Of a DNA stretch of 64,000 nt, positions 17,067 through 26,737 are shown piece after piece. The notes under the pieces are model-generated. The model worked only from the letters and a program-made list of their open reading frames with translations. It was not told the origin of the DNA and did no database searches. The DNA comes from Phycisphaerae bacterium. GTDB taxonomy: Bacteria > Planctomycetota > Phycisphaerae > UBA1845. The stretch lies in assembly GCA_963666835.2 (NCBI GenBank), contig CAXXGO010000001.1, forward strand, positions 928,001-992,000, given 5' to 3'. The stretch's first letter is position 1. Each line of letters starts with the position of its first letter. Made by a program: the position numbers and the translations under genes.

Positions 17067-19748
17067 CTAAACGCTCGCCCGCGTAACGTCGAGCCGGACG
17101 AGCTGCAATAGTTCGTCATCAGGCAGTTCCGTCAAGTTGACCTCGCCTTCGGAAGTCAGTACTTCGTCAGCCATCTGCCGCTTCTCCGCGATCATCGCGT
17201 CTATCCGCTCCTCCACGGTTCCGTTGGTGACAAACTTGTGCACCAACACGTTGCGTTTCTGGCCGATGCGGAACGCGCGGTCGGTAGCTTGGTTTTCTAC
17301 CGCCGGGTTCCACCAACGGTCGAAGTGGATGACGTGTGACGCCGCGGTCAAGTTCAGCCCCGTTCCGCCCGCTTTGAGTGACAGGATGAAGAACGGAGGT
17401 CCGTCCTCATCCTGAAACTGCTCGACCACATCCTTGCGCTTCTTCACACTCGTTCCGCCATGCAACACCAGCCCCGCGCGATCGAAGATCGTGGCTAGGT
17501 GGTCCGCCAGTGGATCGATGATCTCGCGGAATTGCGTGAAGATCAACATCTTGTCCTGACGCTGGGCCAGTTCGTCGCAGATCTCGCCGAGGCGGATGAA
17601 CTTGCCGCTGTCGGAGGGGATGTAGTCGCCGTCGCCAGTAAGTTGGCTGGGGTGGTTGCAGATCTGTTTCAGTCGCATGAGTGTTTGGAGCACCAGCCCG
17701 CGCCGGGCCATGCCGTCGGCACTGTCCAGGTCCGACCGCATTTGCCGTACGGCCTGTTCGTACAGTGCGATCTGTTTCTTCGTCAGACTGCAATGTCGTG
17801 TTGTCTCGGTCTTCTCCGGTAGGTCGGCGATGATCGAACGGTCTGTCTTCAGGCGGCGCAGGATGTAGGGTCCAACCAATCGTCGCAAAGGCTCGAACTG
17901 GTTCTGTTGCCGGGCTTGCAGATTCTTGATGAATGACTTGAACACGCCGGCCGAGCCCAACAGGCCGGGGTTGAGAAAGTCGAACAGCGACCACAGATCA
18001 CCGAGGCGGTTTTCCACCGGCGTGCCGGTTAAGATGATCCGCGCTTGGGCGCGGAGCTTCTTCGCCTCCCTACTCTGGCGCGTCGTCGGGTTCTTGATCG
18101 CCTGGGCCTCGTCGAGAATCACCAGCCGCCAATCCAATCCCGTCAGCCATTTCTGGCGGATCAGCATTGAATACGTCGTGATAGCCAGATCGGTATCCCG
18201 AAGATGCCGATCGGGAGACTCTGCGATGCGCTCGAGCGTCTGGCGATCCGTCTCCGCCGGATGCAGAAACGTGAGCTTTACCGACGGTGCGAAACGCCGC
18301 GCCTCGGCGCGCCAGTTGCTCAGGAGCGAGGCGGGCACGACCAGAAGCGACGGCTTCCGGGGTTTCCTGGATTCCCTGTCCCGGTCACATAGCAGGAGCG
18401 CCAGCACTTGAATCGTCTTGCCCAGCCCCATGTCGTCGGCCAGGCACGCCCCCAGTCCCAGCGTCGTCAGAAACCGCAGCCACGCCAAGCCGACGCGCTG
18501 ATATGGTCGAAGTGTCCCCCGCAGTCCGTCAACAAGCTTGACCGCATCCAGTTGACCAGGCTCACGCAAACCTGTGAGGATTTCCTGCATCGCTTCGCCG
18601 GCGGAAACGTGTACCCACGGGCGTTCCTCGTCGATCCGTTCTTCATTCTTCAGGTCGGCTGATGTACCGGCCAGCAGACGCATTCCCTCGATGAAGGAAA
18701 TCTCGCCATCGCCCGCCTTCCGCTTTAGGGCTTGCCAGTGGTCGAGTGCCTCCCGCAGCTTCTCGCGATCCACTTCGACCCATTGACCTTTGAGCAGTAC
18801 CAGCCCGTCGTCGCCGGTCAACAGCTCAGCCAACTCCTCCGGCGAGAGGGTCTCATCCCCCAGGGCGAGCTTCACGTCGAAATCCAGCACCGCGTTGACG
18901 CCGAGCGCGGATTGCCTCTTCTGGCCGATCGTTACCGATACCTGTGGCCGGGCGCGTTTCCGCCACCAGTCCGGCAACCGGACCGACAGGCCGCTGTCCT
19001 CCAGTTCCGGCACGGTTCGCAGAAACGTGTATGCCCGCCCCGCCGTCCACGCCGTCGGCTGATACAATTCGCCGGAATCCACCAGTCTCATCACCCATTC
19101 GCACCGTTCGGCGGCCTGCTGGACCGGTGCGAGGAGCTTGATCAGCGCGGATCGGTTCTTTGCACCGGCGTATTGCTCCAGCGCCTTGCGCAACGGCAAG
19201 TGCTTGAGCCGCCCGCCGGCGCCAAAGCCGGTCGCGTAAGTGGCTAGGAATGCGAATGGACGTGCCTGATCGTTCTTGTTCTCAGCTAGGTGAAAGCACA
19301 CACGACCTACCTGATGCCATTTCGGCGCTCGCGCCGCCAGGAACGCTTCGAGCCCACCAGCCGAGCGAATCGCCTCCCTAGCCCACCGGTCCAACGCGTT
19401 CCAGATAGTCAACAGAGCTTCTGCGGTCAGATACTCCCCCCCCTGCATAGGCGGCGCCGTGAGCACCAGCGTCGCACACTCAGCCGGTGATGGTGGCTCA
19501 ACCTCGATCTTCTCGGTAGACCCGGGGATGTGGCACAGTGCGGTGAGATACCGATCTGCCACGCCCTGCCAGTAGTGCAGTGTCAGCGAATCGCCCTTGC
19601 CGATCTTCTCGGCCGCCAGCGTGAAGAGGCCCTCTCGCCAGTCAATAGAGAAGACCTTGCGCAACCCCGACAGTCGTCCAGGCTCGGAGTTGCCGTCCAG
19701 TGTCTTCCAATGCAGATTCCCGGTTGGTGTTAGTCGGATCTCTGGCAC
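17067..19748 (-). CDS. SNF2-family (SWI2/SNF2) helicase/ATPase
   Basis: LRPYQ, DDMGLGKT, LDEAQ, LTGTPVEN, ILRRLK, SLKAGGTGLNLT, DRWWNPAVENQATDRAFRIGQ. Confidence 0.95.
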   Translation of the reverse strand: MPEIRLTPTGNLHWKTLDGNSEPGRLSGLRKVFSIDWREGLFTLAAEKIGKGDSLTLHYWQGVADRYLTALCHIPGSTEKIEVEPPSPAECATLVLTAPPMQGGEYLTAEALLTIWNALDRWAREAIRSAGGLEAFLAARAPKWHQVGRVCFHLAENKNDQARPFAFLATYATGFGAGGRLKHLPLRKALEQYAGAKNRSALIKLLAPVQQAAERCEWVMRLVDSGELYQPTAWTAGRAYTFLRTVPELEDSGLSVRLPDWWRKRARPQVSVTIGQKRQSALGVNAVLDFDVKLALGDETLSPEELAELLTGDDGLVLLKGQWVEVDREKLREALDHWQALKRKAGDGEISFIEGMRLLAGTSADLKNEERIDEERPWVHVSAGEAMQEILTGLREPGQLDAVKLVDGLRGTLRPYQRVGLAWLRFLTTLGLGACLADDMGLGKTIQVLALLLCDRDRESRKPRKPSLLVVPASLLSNWRAEARRFAPSVKLTFLHPAETDRQTLERIAESPDRHLRDTDLAITTYSMLIRQKWLTGLDWRLVILDEAQAIKNPTTRQSREAKKLRAQARIILTGTPVENRLGDLWSLFDFLNPGLLGSAGVFKSFIKNLQARQQNQFEPLRRLVGPYILRRLKTDRSIIADLPEKTETTRHCSLTKKQIALYEQAVRQMRSDLDSADGMARRGLVLQTLMRLKQICNHPSQLTGDGDYIPSDSGKFIRLGEICDELAQRQDKMLIFTQFREIIDPLADHLATIFDRAGLVLHGGTSVKKRKDVVEQFQDEDGPPFFILSLKAGGTGLNLTAASHVIHFDRWWNPAVENQATDRAFRIGQKRNVLVHKFVTNGTVEERIDAMIAEKRQMADEVLTSEGEVNLTELPDDELLQLVRLDVTRASV

Positions 19749-19851
19749 GGTTTCTACTTTCCCTGTCCGTCCAGCGGTAGTCTATTCGCCCATCCGGACA
19801 ATCGGGCCGTATTGACGATGCACGCCAACGAGCCGTTCATCCCAGGACGTG

Positions 19852-21075
19852 TTACAACAACCCAACCGGGATCGCCGCGACTCTCTCGGCGAGCGGTAGG
19901 CATTCGCGACAGAGGCACACGACACCCGCCTCGGATCGCCCGGGCTTGAGCCGGTCGAGCGCTGTGAACGACTGGGCCCATTCCCGTCTGGGACTTGCGG
20001 ATTTCTTGATCTCCACGGGGTAGATAACCTGATCCTGCACCAACAGCAGGTCGATCTCCTTGCCGTCTTTGTCGCGGTAGTAGTAGATTGACGGCTGCTT
20101 TCCCCGGTTCCACCAGCTCTTGAGCACCTCTGCGACAACGTATGTCTCCAGGATGGCACCGCTCATTGCCCCCGCTTCGAGCGTCTCCGGCGATGACCAC
20201 TCCGTAAGATACGCACAAAGCCCCGTGTCGAGGAAGTACAACTTCGGTCTTTTGACCAGGCGTTTGGTGATATTCGTGTGATACGGCTGCAACAGCAGCA
20301 CCTGGAAGCTAGCCTGAAGGATCGATAGCCAGTTCTTGGCCGTGTTCACTGCCACATCCGCGTCGCGGGCAAGATCCGTCAAGTTCAGCATCTGCCCCGT
20401 GCGTGCCGCACAGGCCTTCAGGAAGCGGATGAAACTCGATTCGTTGCCAACCTGGGCCAGGTCCTTCACGTCGCGCTGGAGGTACGTCTGCAGGTACGAG
20501 CTGTAGAAAAGGTCGCGATCGCGAATCTGCTTCGTCACCAGCGCCGGAAAAGCCCCCGACCAGATGTCAGCATAGAGTCGTTTGAGAGTCATCGCCGGTG
20601 CCGAGGACTCCCTCTGCTTCAACAGGCGTTTCGAAGGCAAAAACGGAGCGCGGGCGAACTCGCTGCGACGCCGCTCACGGCTCGAGAGGCCGAGCAGCGA
20701 CAAGATTGCCACGCGGCCGGCCAGTGTCTCGGAGACTCCCTTCATCAGGTGGAACTGCTGCGAGCCGGTCAACCAAAACAAGCCCCGCCGCCGCTGCCCG
20801 TCGACGGCCATCTTAATCAACGGAAGAAGCTGGGGCGCATACTGGATCTCATCGATCAACACCGGCGGTTCGTATCGCTCCAGGAACAAGGCCGGTTCCG
20901 TCTGGGCCAAGGCCCGCACGGCCGGATCGTCGAGCGTAACGTAGCGTCGTTTCTTCTCCGCCAGTTGCTGCAGAAGCGTGGTCTTACCGACCTGCCGCGG
21001 GCCGGTAACGAGAATCACGGGGAACTGCTCCGAAGCCGCCGTGCAGCAGTCACTCATTTCGCGAGCGTAGAACAT
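19852..21075 (-). CDS. AAA_14 + DUF4143 ATP-binding protein
   Basis: GPRQVGKTT, IDEIQY, LTGSQ, KRPKLYFLDTGL, YYRDKDGKEIDL, PVEIKK. ATG at 21075 lies downstream of a consensus promoter. Confidence 0.9.
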   Translation of the reverse strand: MFYAREMSDCCTAASEQFPVILVTGPRQVGKTTLLQQLAEKKRRYVTLDDPAVRALAQTEPALFLERYEPPVLIDEIQYAPQLLPLIKMAVDGQRRRGLFWLTGSQQFHLMKGVSETLAGRVAILSLLGLSSRERRRSEFARAPFLPSKRLLKQRESSAPAMTLKRLYADIWSGAFPALVTKQIRDRDLFYSSYLQTYLQRDVKDLAQVGNESSFIRFLKACAARTGQMLNLTDLARDADVAVNTAKNWLSILQASFQVLLLQPYHTNITKRLVKRPKLYFLDTGLCAYLTEWSSPETLEAGAMSGAILETYVVAEVLKSWWNRGKQPSIYYYRDKDGKEIDLLLVQDQVIYPVEIKKSASPRREWAQSFTALDRLKPGRSEAGVVCLCRECLPLAERVAAIPVGLL

Positions 21076-21103
21076 GACATCGTCCATTATGCAATTAGAA
21101 CGC

Positions 21104-21132
21104 ATGATAGACGGAACCGGTGATCCTGTCAA
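21104..21132 (-). promoter_or_regulatory. Sigma70-type promoter of the AAA_14-DUF4143 gene
   Basis: Minus strand reads TTGACA (21132-21127), 17-bp spacer, TATCAT (21109-21104), about 30 bp upstream of the ATG. Confidence 0.7.
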
Positions 21133-21196
21133 GCCCGGCATTTCGGAGGACTTAAGCGCCGGGGAGCATATCAGGCTCACAGCCCGGAGGGGCTTG

Positions 21197-21313
21197 CCGA
21201 CATTTTGAACCCCCGCCCAAACCGAGGCGACCGGCCGACCGAGTCTGTTGCCCGGGTCCTTGGCCAATCGACTTGCGCGGTCGCTCGAACGCGGTAGAAT
21301 GCGGCAACGACTG
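21197..21313. repeat. Composite dispersed repeat / probable IS-end relic
   Basis: 21197-21232 matches 3453-3488 at 33/36; 21266-21313 matches 59848-59895 at 43/48. Confidence 0.75.
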
Positions 21314-21416
21314 CCACAAACTGCGTAAGCTGACAGTCAACGACGGCGAGTGTGGGTGCGTCGAACGGCTGAGTGGATGTCTGGAGTTTTTGCGAACTCG
21401 ACGGGCTCGCCGGTGA

Positions 21417-21714
21417 TCACTCGGCTACCTGTTTCTTCCACTTCGCTCTCATCCGCTCTTCGAACGAGGTGTGGCATTCGGGCCGCTCGCCCGTCACGAT
21501 GGCTTCGAATGCGCCGATGAAGCTGTACTTCCGCGATTGGTCTTTCCGCACACGCCCAACCAGTGACTGCCAGCTTTGCTCTTGTCCGTTCTTCTCGTAG
21601 AGCTTCTTGGCCTGCACAAGGTGTTCCAGTGCGTACCTGTAGTACTTGCTCTTGCCCGCGACGACGATGCGCAACCGTGTGAATCAGAGGGTCCGCTTTC
21701 TTTCGTCTCGCCAT
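21417..21714 (-). pseudogene. Internally deleted gene relic: a short N-terminus (MARRKKADPL) joined out of frame to a helical C-terminus (RIVVAGKSKYY...RKYSFIGAFEAIV)
   Basis: The ATG at 21714 frame switches near 21674 to a frame whose sequence I recall as the C-terminal end of much longer SWIM-associated proteins. The family call is from memory. Confidence 0.5.
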
Positions 21715-21742
21715 GTTTGTCGATCCGGCTCCAGGAGCAGCG

Positions 21743-22234
21743 TCAATCCTCGTCCGGCACGTCCCGGACGTGAGTGGTTGGTTCCTCGCATAACTCATCT
21801 TCGGGGACGAACGTGATGCGCATGCCCCAGCCGGCATGCACACAAAGGAGCCGCCCAAACTCGCGAAGAGACAGCTCGTGGTCATCGATATACACGGTAG
21901 CTTCACCGTCTTCGCCGCCGTCACTCACTACGCACCGGAGCACATCGCCTCGCGGGACCCACTGATCCCCGCGCTCAGAGTACCTGATCTGCGGGCGTCC
22001 CTCCGGAATCTCCGTGGCGAAGTACACGTGCTCAGCCGCAAGCTCCCGCCGAGCGCGCAGGATTTCGTTGTGAAGATCCAGGATCTGCTGATCCGTCGTG
22101 TCCCGGATTTCATCTCCGATCTCGAGATGAACCGTGGCAACCGTCGGATCCCCATACTCGATCACGGCGCTCGTGTTCTCTCGGCCTATTCGCACCTCAT
22201 CGATGTTCGCGACACAAGGCCTCTTCTTGCGCAT
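21743..22234 (-). CDS. Conserved hypothetical protein
   Basis: 163-aa ORF after GAGGTAG with globular composition (QWVPRGDVLRC, IDDHELSLREFGRLL, GWGMRITFVPED). Confidence 0.75.
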   Translation of the reverse strand: MRKKRPCVANIDEVRIGRENTSAVIEYGDPTVATVHLEIGDEIRDTTDQQILDLHNEILRARRELAAEHVYFATEIPEGRPQIRYSERGDQWVPRGDVLRCVVSDGGEDGEATVYIDDHELSLREFGRLLCVHAGWGMRITFVPEDELCEEPTTHVRDVPDED

Positions 22235-22342
22235 GGCTGCTCTACCTCACTCTTTCCTTTCGACCCGGGGGCTTCCTCGGACAGCGGCCGGCCAATTGCC
22301 TGAAATCCGTAGTACTGATACTCGCTCACGATTCATCTCTCT

Positions 22343-22489
22343 TCACGCGCCGCCGGCCCGGTGACGGTACGCTTCGATCCACTCGGCGCCCGGTTCGTTG
22401 TGGCAATCCGCCGTCGCTTCCTCGATGAGCGCGGCGAGGCGTCTTCTGTTTGAGGAGGACCGCTCTATTCTCTTGAGCTTCTCAGTCAT
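22343..22489 (-). pseudogene. Internally deleted CcbP-like (calcium-binding protein family) gene, 48 aa
   Basis: Strong RBS AGGAGGAGG before ATG at 22489. Product MTEKLKRIERSSSNRRRLAALIEEATADCHNEPGAEWIEAYRHRAGGA joins the family's N-terminal LIEEAT-x-D and C-terminal GAEWIEAYR motifs directly. Confidence 0.6.
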
Positions 22490-22509
22490 CCACCTCCTCC
22501 TTAACCGTC

Positions 22510-23673
22510 TTAGCTAATACTCTCAAGCAGACGCGAGGCGGCCACAGCGGTGACGCGTTTGTGCATCGGAAACGTCTTGTCGCCGGCATGCACTAAGAAG
22601 GCCTTTTGAATCCCCAGCGTTTCGATGGCGGTGTGCAGTGAACTCGTGAGCTTGGGCGACGACGTGCGTTTGAACTCGAATCCCCAGCGGCGGCGGCCAT
22701 GGACCCAAAGTAGATCAAGCTCGGCACCGGAATGCGTTGCCCAGAAGAAGCACTCCTCGGGGGCGGCGCCGACGTGCTCTGTCACCTGTTGCAGCAGAAA
22801 GCCCTCCCAAGACGCGCCGACCTTTGGATGTCGTTCAAGATCTCTGCGCTCCCGGATGCCGAGCAGTCCATGTAGGATGCCCGAATCCCGCACGTAGACC
22901 TTCGGCGACTTCACCTGCCGCTTGCGGACATTCTCATGCCACGGTTGCAGGACCTTCGCTACCTGCGCAGCCTGAAGTGTGTCCAGGTAGTGCCGCACGG
23001 TCTTATCGCTCACGCCGAACGAGCGGGCAAACTCGGCGCCGTTCCATACCTGGCCGTGATAATGAGCCAGCATCGACCAGAACCGCGACAGCGTCGGGGC
23101 CGGAACGCGCACGCCAAGCTGGGGCAGGTCCCGCTCGAGAAACGTACGGATGAAGCTCTGTCGCCATGCGAAGCTGGCATTATGGGTTCTGGCCAGGTAG
23201 GACAGCGGGAAGCCGCCACGCAGCCAGAGACGATCGAGCTGATCGAGCCCGACCTCACTCATGTTGAATCCGCCGAGCGTGTAGAATGTGATTCGACCCG
23301 CCAGCGTCTCTGACGATTGACGAAGCAGCTCCGGCGAGGCGCTGCCCAGGACGAGAAAGCGTGTCCGTCGCGGCCGCCGATCAGCGAGAACGCGCAGAAC
23401 CGGGAAGATGTCCGGTTGGCGCTGAATCTCGTCGATGACCACGAGTCCCTTGAGATCAGCCAGGGCCAACTTAGGGTCGGAAAGGCGAGCCAGATCGGCC
23501 GGATCCTCCAAGTCGAAGCGTTCGCCCAGTGGTTTGGTCTGCCTCAGGATCTCCAGGGCCAGGGTGGTCTTCCCCACCTGCCGGGCTCCCAGAATGGCCA
23601 CAATGGGGAACTGCCGGAGCAGACGCCGGACGGTGTTCAGATGTCGCTCTCGTGAGACCATGGATCGGATCAT
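22510..23673 (-). CDS. AAA_14 + DUF4143 ATP-binding protein (second copy, different subgroup)
   Basis: GARQVGKTT, IDEIQR, LGSAS, WLRGGFP, VKSPKVYVRDSG, GAELDL, GFEFK. Start at 23673 or 23661. Confidence 0.9.
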   Translation of the reverse strand: MIRSMVSRERHLNTVRRLLRQFPIVAILGARQVGKTTLALEILRQTKPLGERFDLEDPADLARLSDPKLALADLKGLVVIDEIQRQPDIFPVLRVLADRRPRRTRFLVLGSASPELLRQSSETLAGRITFYTLGGFNMSEVGLDQLDRLWLRGGFPLSYLARTHNASFAWRQSFIRTFLERDLPQLGVRVPAPTLSRFWSMLAHYHGQVWNGAEFARSFGVSDKTVRHYLDTLQAAQVAKVLQPWHENVRKRQVKSPKVYVRDSGILHGLLGIRERRDLERHPKVGASWEGFLLQQVTEHVGAAPEECFFWATHSGAELDLLWVHGRRRWGFEFKRTSSPKLTSSLHTAIETLGIQKAFLVHAGDKTFPMHKRVTAVAASRLLESIS

Positions 23674-24185
23674 ATCGGAAAAATAGGAGGCTGTCTCCGA
23701 GATTTCACGCAGGAATCGGGACTTTTTTTGCCCGGTGTCGGGAGTCACACCGCCGCCGGGCATGCAGCAGACGGTGCCTCGTGCCGCCGAGCCACTGAAC
23801 CTGCCGCCAGCGAGAGAAGCCGGCCAAGACGTAGGGGCGCGTCGGCACCGGAAACCTGCGAAGCGGGCCGCGCGTGTGATCGGGTTACCGCGGTCGCCGT
23901 GGGAGGGAACCGCCTTGGGGACGGTTGACACAAGCCTGCCGGCCAGGTCCGGGAACGGCCCCCGCCAAGCGCGGCCGGGCGCCGTCTCCTGCCTCGCGGG
24001 CGGTGCGGCGGCGGCGCAAGAGTGCGACGACCCGGCCCCCCGCCATAACCTCCGGTACAGCCAGAGTCTGTCGCCCCCCAAGCCCCGCCCGTAAGATGGC
24101 CTCCGGGCGCGCTTCCCCCGATGCCCGCTTTCGGCGGTCCAGCGGACAGCCGCCCGGGACGAAGGAACCGCACGTGGAAACGAAC

Positions 24186-25406
24186 ATGGACGCGTGGGTA
24201 CTTGTGGTGTTCGCCTTGGTCTATGTAGGCATGATGCTGGGGCGTTGGCCTGGGCTCGCCGTCGATCGGACGGGCGTGGCGCTTCTGGGGGCGATCGTGC
24301 TGCTGGCGACCGGCCGCACGTCCATCGAGGAGGCCTGGCGGGCCATCGACGCGCCCACGCTGGCGCTGTTGCTCGGTCTCATGGTCGTCTCAGCGCAGTT
24401 CCGTCTGGCTGGCATGTACTCGGCCATTACCCACCACCTGGCCAAATCGAATGTCAGCCCGCCATGTTTGCTCTTCTTCCTGATAGCCGTGGCCGGGGGC
24501 CTGTCAGCCGTGTTGGCCAACGATATCGTGTGCCTGGCGATGACGCCGTTGCTCGTTGAAGGTTGTGCGCGACGCGGTCTGCGGCCCTTGCCCTTCCTTC
24601 TCGGCCTCGCCTGCGCCGCGAACGTTGGTTCGGCTGCTACACTGATCGGCAATCCCCAGAATATGCTGATCGGACAGAAGCTGTCGCTGGCGTTCGCAAG
24701 CTACCTGCTTTCGGGAATCCCTCCGGCCGTGCTGGGCTGTGTCGCAACATGGGGGGTGCTCAGCTGGCAGTTCCGTAACCGCTGGGAAGCTCCTCCAAGC
24801 GGACTGGTTGTGGCCGTGCCGCCCTTCAACCTCTGGCAGTGTGGCAAGGGCGTGCTGGTCCTCGGTGTGCTAATCATGCTGTTTCTGGTGGGGCCCTGGC
24901 CGCGGGAGGTTGTCGCATTGGCGGCAGCCGCCGTGCTTCTCATGAGCCGACGGATGCACTCGCGGGAGATGCTCGCGCTAGTCGACTGGCAATTGCTTGT
25001 GCTCTTTGCAGGTCTGTTCATAGTCAATCATGGACTTGCGGCATCTAGTTGGTTCGACACGGGCGTGGCTCGACTGGCCGGCGCAGGCGTGGACATACGC
25101 CGGCCCGGCTGGTTGTTCGGCTCTACGGTAGTCCTATCCAATCTCGTATCGAATGTGCCGGCCGTCATGCTTCTGCTGCCTGCCGCCGAGCATCCGCAGG
25201 CCGGCGCCATCTTGGCTCTGGCCAGTACCTTGGCTGGGAACCTCATCATCGTCGGCAGCATTGCGAACATCATCGTAGTGGATCAGGCAGCGCGCCTGAA
25301 CACCCGGATAACGTGGCTCGATCACGCACGCTCCGGGGTGCCTGTCACAATCGTCACGCTGGCTCTTGCTGCCGGCTGGCTCTGGCTCTTAGTCCGAGTG
25401 GCTTGA
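24186..25406 (+). CDS. ArsB/NhaD (CitMHS-like) anion transporter
   Basis: Multiple TM helices; LANDIVCL, AANVGSAATLIGNPQN, LVSNVPAV, STLAGNLIIVGSIANIIV. Confidence 0.9.
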   Translation: MDAWVLVVFALVYVGMMLGRWPGLAVDRTGVALLGAIVLLATGRTSIEEAWRAIDAPTLALLLGLMVVSAQFRLAGMYSAITHHLAKSNVSPPCLLFFLIAVAGGLSAVLANDIVCLAMTPLLVEGCARRGLRPLPFLLGLACAANVGSAATLIGNPQNMLIGQKLSLAFASYLLSGIPPAVLGCVATWGVLSWQFRNRWEAPPSGLVVAVPPFNLWQCGKGVLVLGVLIMLFLVGPWPREVVALAAAAVLLMSRRMHSREMLALVDWQLLVLFAGLFIVNHGLAASSWFDTGVARLAGAGVDIRRPGWLFGSTVVLSNLVSNVPAVMLLLPAAEHPQAGAILALASTLAGNLIIVGSIANIIVVDQAARLNTRITWLDHARSGVPVTIVTLALAAGWLWLLVRVA

Positions 25407-25716
25407 GGCAACCGCACTTGCGAACGTCGCCGCCAGATCATCGCCCATTGCTGCTGCTCGTCCGGATGCATGATCAGTTCCCGTCTGATCTCGACTTCGG
25501 CGCCGATGTAGTCGTCCTCAGAGAACCTGATACGTAGCGTGGTGATGAGTAAGCGCCCATCAGCACCATGGGCGGCCGTCAACGGTACCGAGGTGCGGTT
25601 CTTGGCGGACAATTGCCGAGAGATTGCGCCGGCGGCATGCGTGACGGCGTGCGTCTGAGCGCGGTAATTTCACTGGAGACCGATGGCACCGGTCATGGAC
25701 TCCGGCAGTCTCCGGA

Positions 25717-26190
25717 CTACTCGCGCTTCCTTGCTTTCAGCTTCGCATGCACGCCTTGCTGCAGAGTTTTGAATGTATTCTCGACCATTTCGACGCCCAA
25801 CAGGACGACCACTCCAAGAAAGGCAACTTTGATCCCCGTTGCGTGATACCCCGAAGCGACGGTGACCCCAATCGCCGCAAGTATCCATATCGCGGCTGCC
25901 GATGTGACCCCAATCACAATTCCATTGCGGGACATCATCACACCTGCGCCGAGGAAGCCAACTCCGGTGATTATCTGCCCTATAACACGCGACGGATCCG
26001 TGACTTCCGAGGCTGCGGCGTTTGCGATCGAGACGAAGATATAGGTACTCAGACAAATCAGCGTACTGGTGCGTATGCCGACAGGTTTGCCAAAGACCTG
26101 CCTCTCCAGGCCAATGATTGCACCGCATGCCATCGCACTCAGAATACCCGGCCAGCTCAACGGGGTGATCGTCAGAATGTCGTCAAGCAT
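25717..26190 (-). CDS. MgtC/SapB family membrane protein
   Basis: GAIIGLER, GIRTSTLI, DPSRVIGQIITGVGFLGAG, GVTSAAAIW. Confidence 0.92.
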   Translation of the reverse strand: MLDDILTITPLSWPGILSAMACGAIIGLERQVFGKPVGIRTSTLICLSTYIFVSIANAAASEVTDPSRVIGQIITGVGFLGAGVMMSRNGIVIGVTSAAAIWILAAIGVTVASGYHATGIKVAFLGVVVLLGVEMVENTFKTLQQGVHAKLKARKRE

Positions 26191-26227
26191 GGGACTTCCT
26201 CACTCCGGCCGTCTCGGCCGACCCGCA

Positions 26228-26737
26228 TCAAAGGGACTTCACGTAGATTACCTTGTCATCGCCGGGCGAGTAGAAGTCGGGCAGGACGGCCGCCCGAGTG
26301 TAGCCCATACGTTCATAAAACGCCCTCGTCGAAACATACGCATCCCGGCCGGAGGTGTCAACGTACATGCGGGTTCCGCCCTTATCTGCAATCCATCTCT
26401 CGATATCGTCCAGTAGTCGCCCGCCGATTCCGGAGTGCTGCCAGGAGGGATGCACAGCAATCCAATACAAGTCGTAACTTGAGACGGTGCATGGAATGGG
26501 GCCGAAGCACGCGTAGCCGATGACATCGCCCTCGGACTCCGCAACCGTAAAAAGATAGCCGGAGTTAGCTCCTTCCTTGAGAAACTCACTGACCAGTTCG
26601 GCTGCGATTTGAATCTCCGCAGGACTGAACATCTTGGTCGCCTCAACGAGCGTGCGGATTGCAGGCAAATCGGAGCCCCTGAGATGTGATCGTAGTGTGA
26701 CCGCCAGCTCTGATGGGGTAGGTTTGCGGATGCTCAC
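26228..26737 (-). CDS. GNAT family N-acetyltransferase
   Basis: YDLYWIAVHPSWQHSGIGGRLL (acetyl-CoA motif A); TRAFYERMGY. ATGTGA-type overlap with the upstream gene. Confidence 0.9.
   Translation of the reverse strand: MSIRKPTPSELAVTLRSHLRGSDLPAIRTLVEATKMFSPAEIQIAAELVSEFLKEGANSGYLFTVAESEGDVIGYACFGPIPCTVSSYDLYWIAVHPSWQHSGIGGRLLDDIERWIADKGGTRMYVDTSGRDAYVSTRAFYERMGYTRAAVLPDFYSPGDDKVIYVKSL

Noticed and set aside
24040..24080. tmRNA 5' end on the minus strand (GGGGGCGAC...)
   Set aside because: Lacks the following TTCGAC motif and any tRNA-like 3' end.
23674..24185. Long 5' extensions of the AAA gene (to 24081) and the transporter (from 23925)
   Set aside because: They overlap each other, are low-complexity and precede the family-typical N-termini, so this is treated as a divergent intergenic region.
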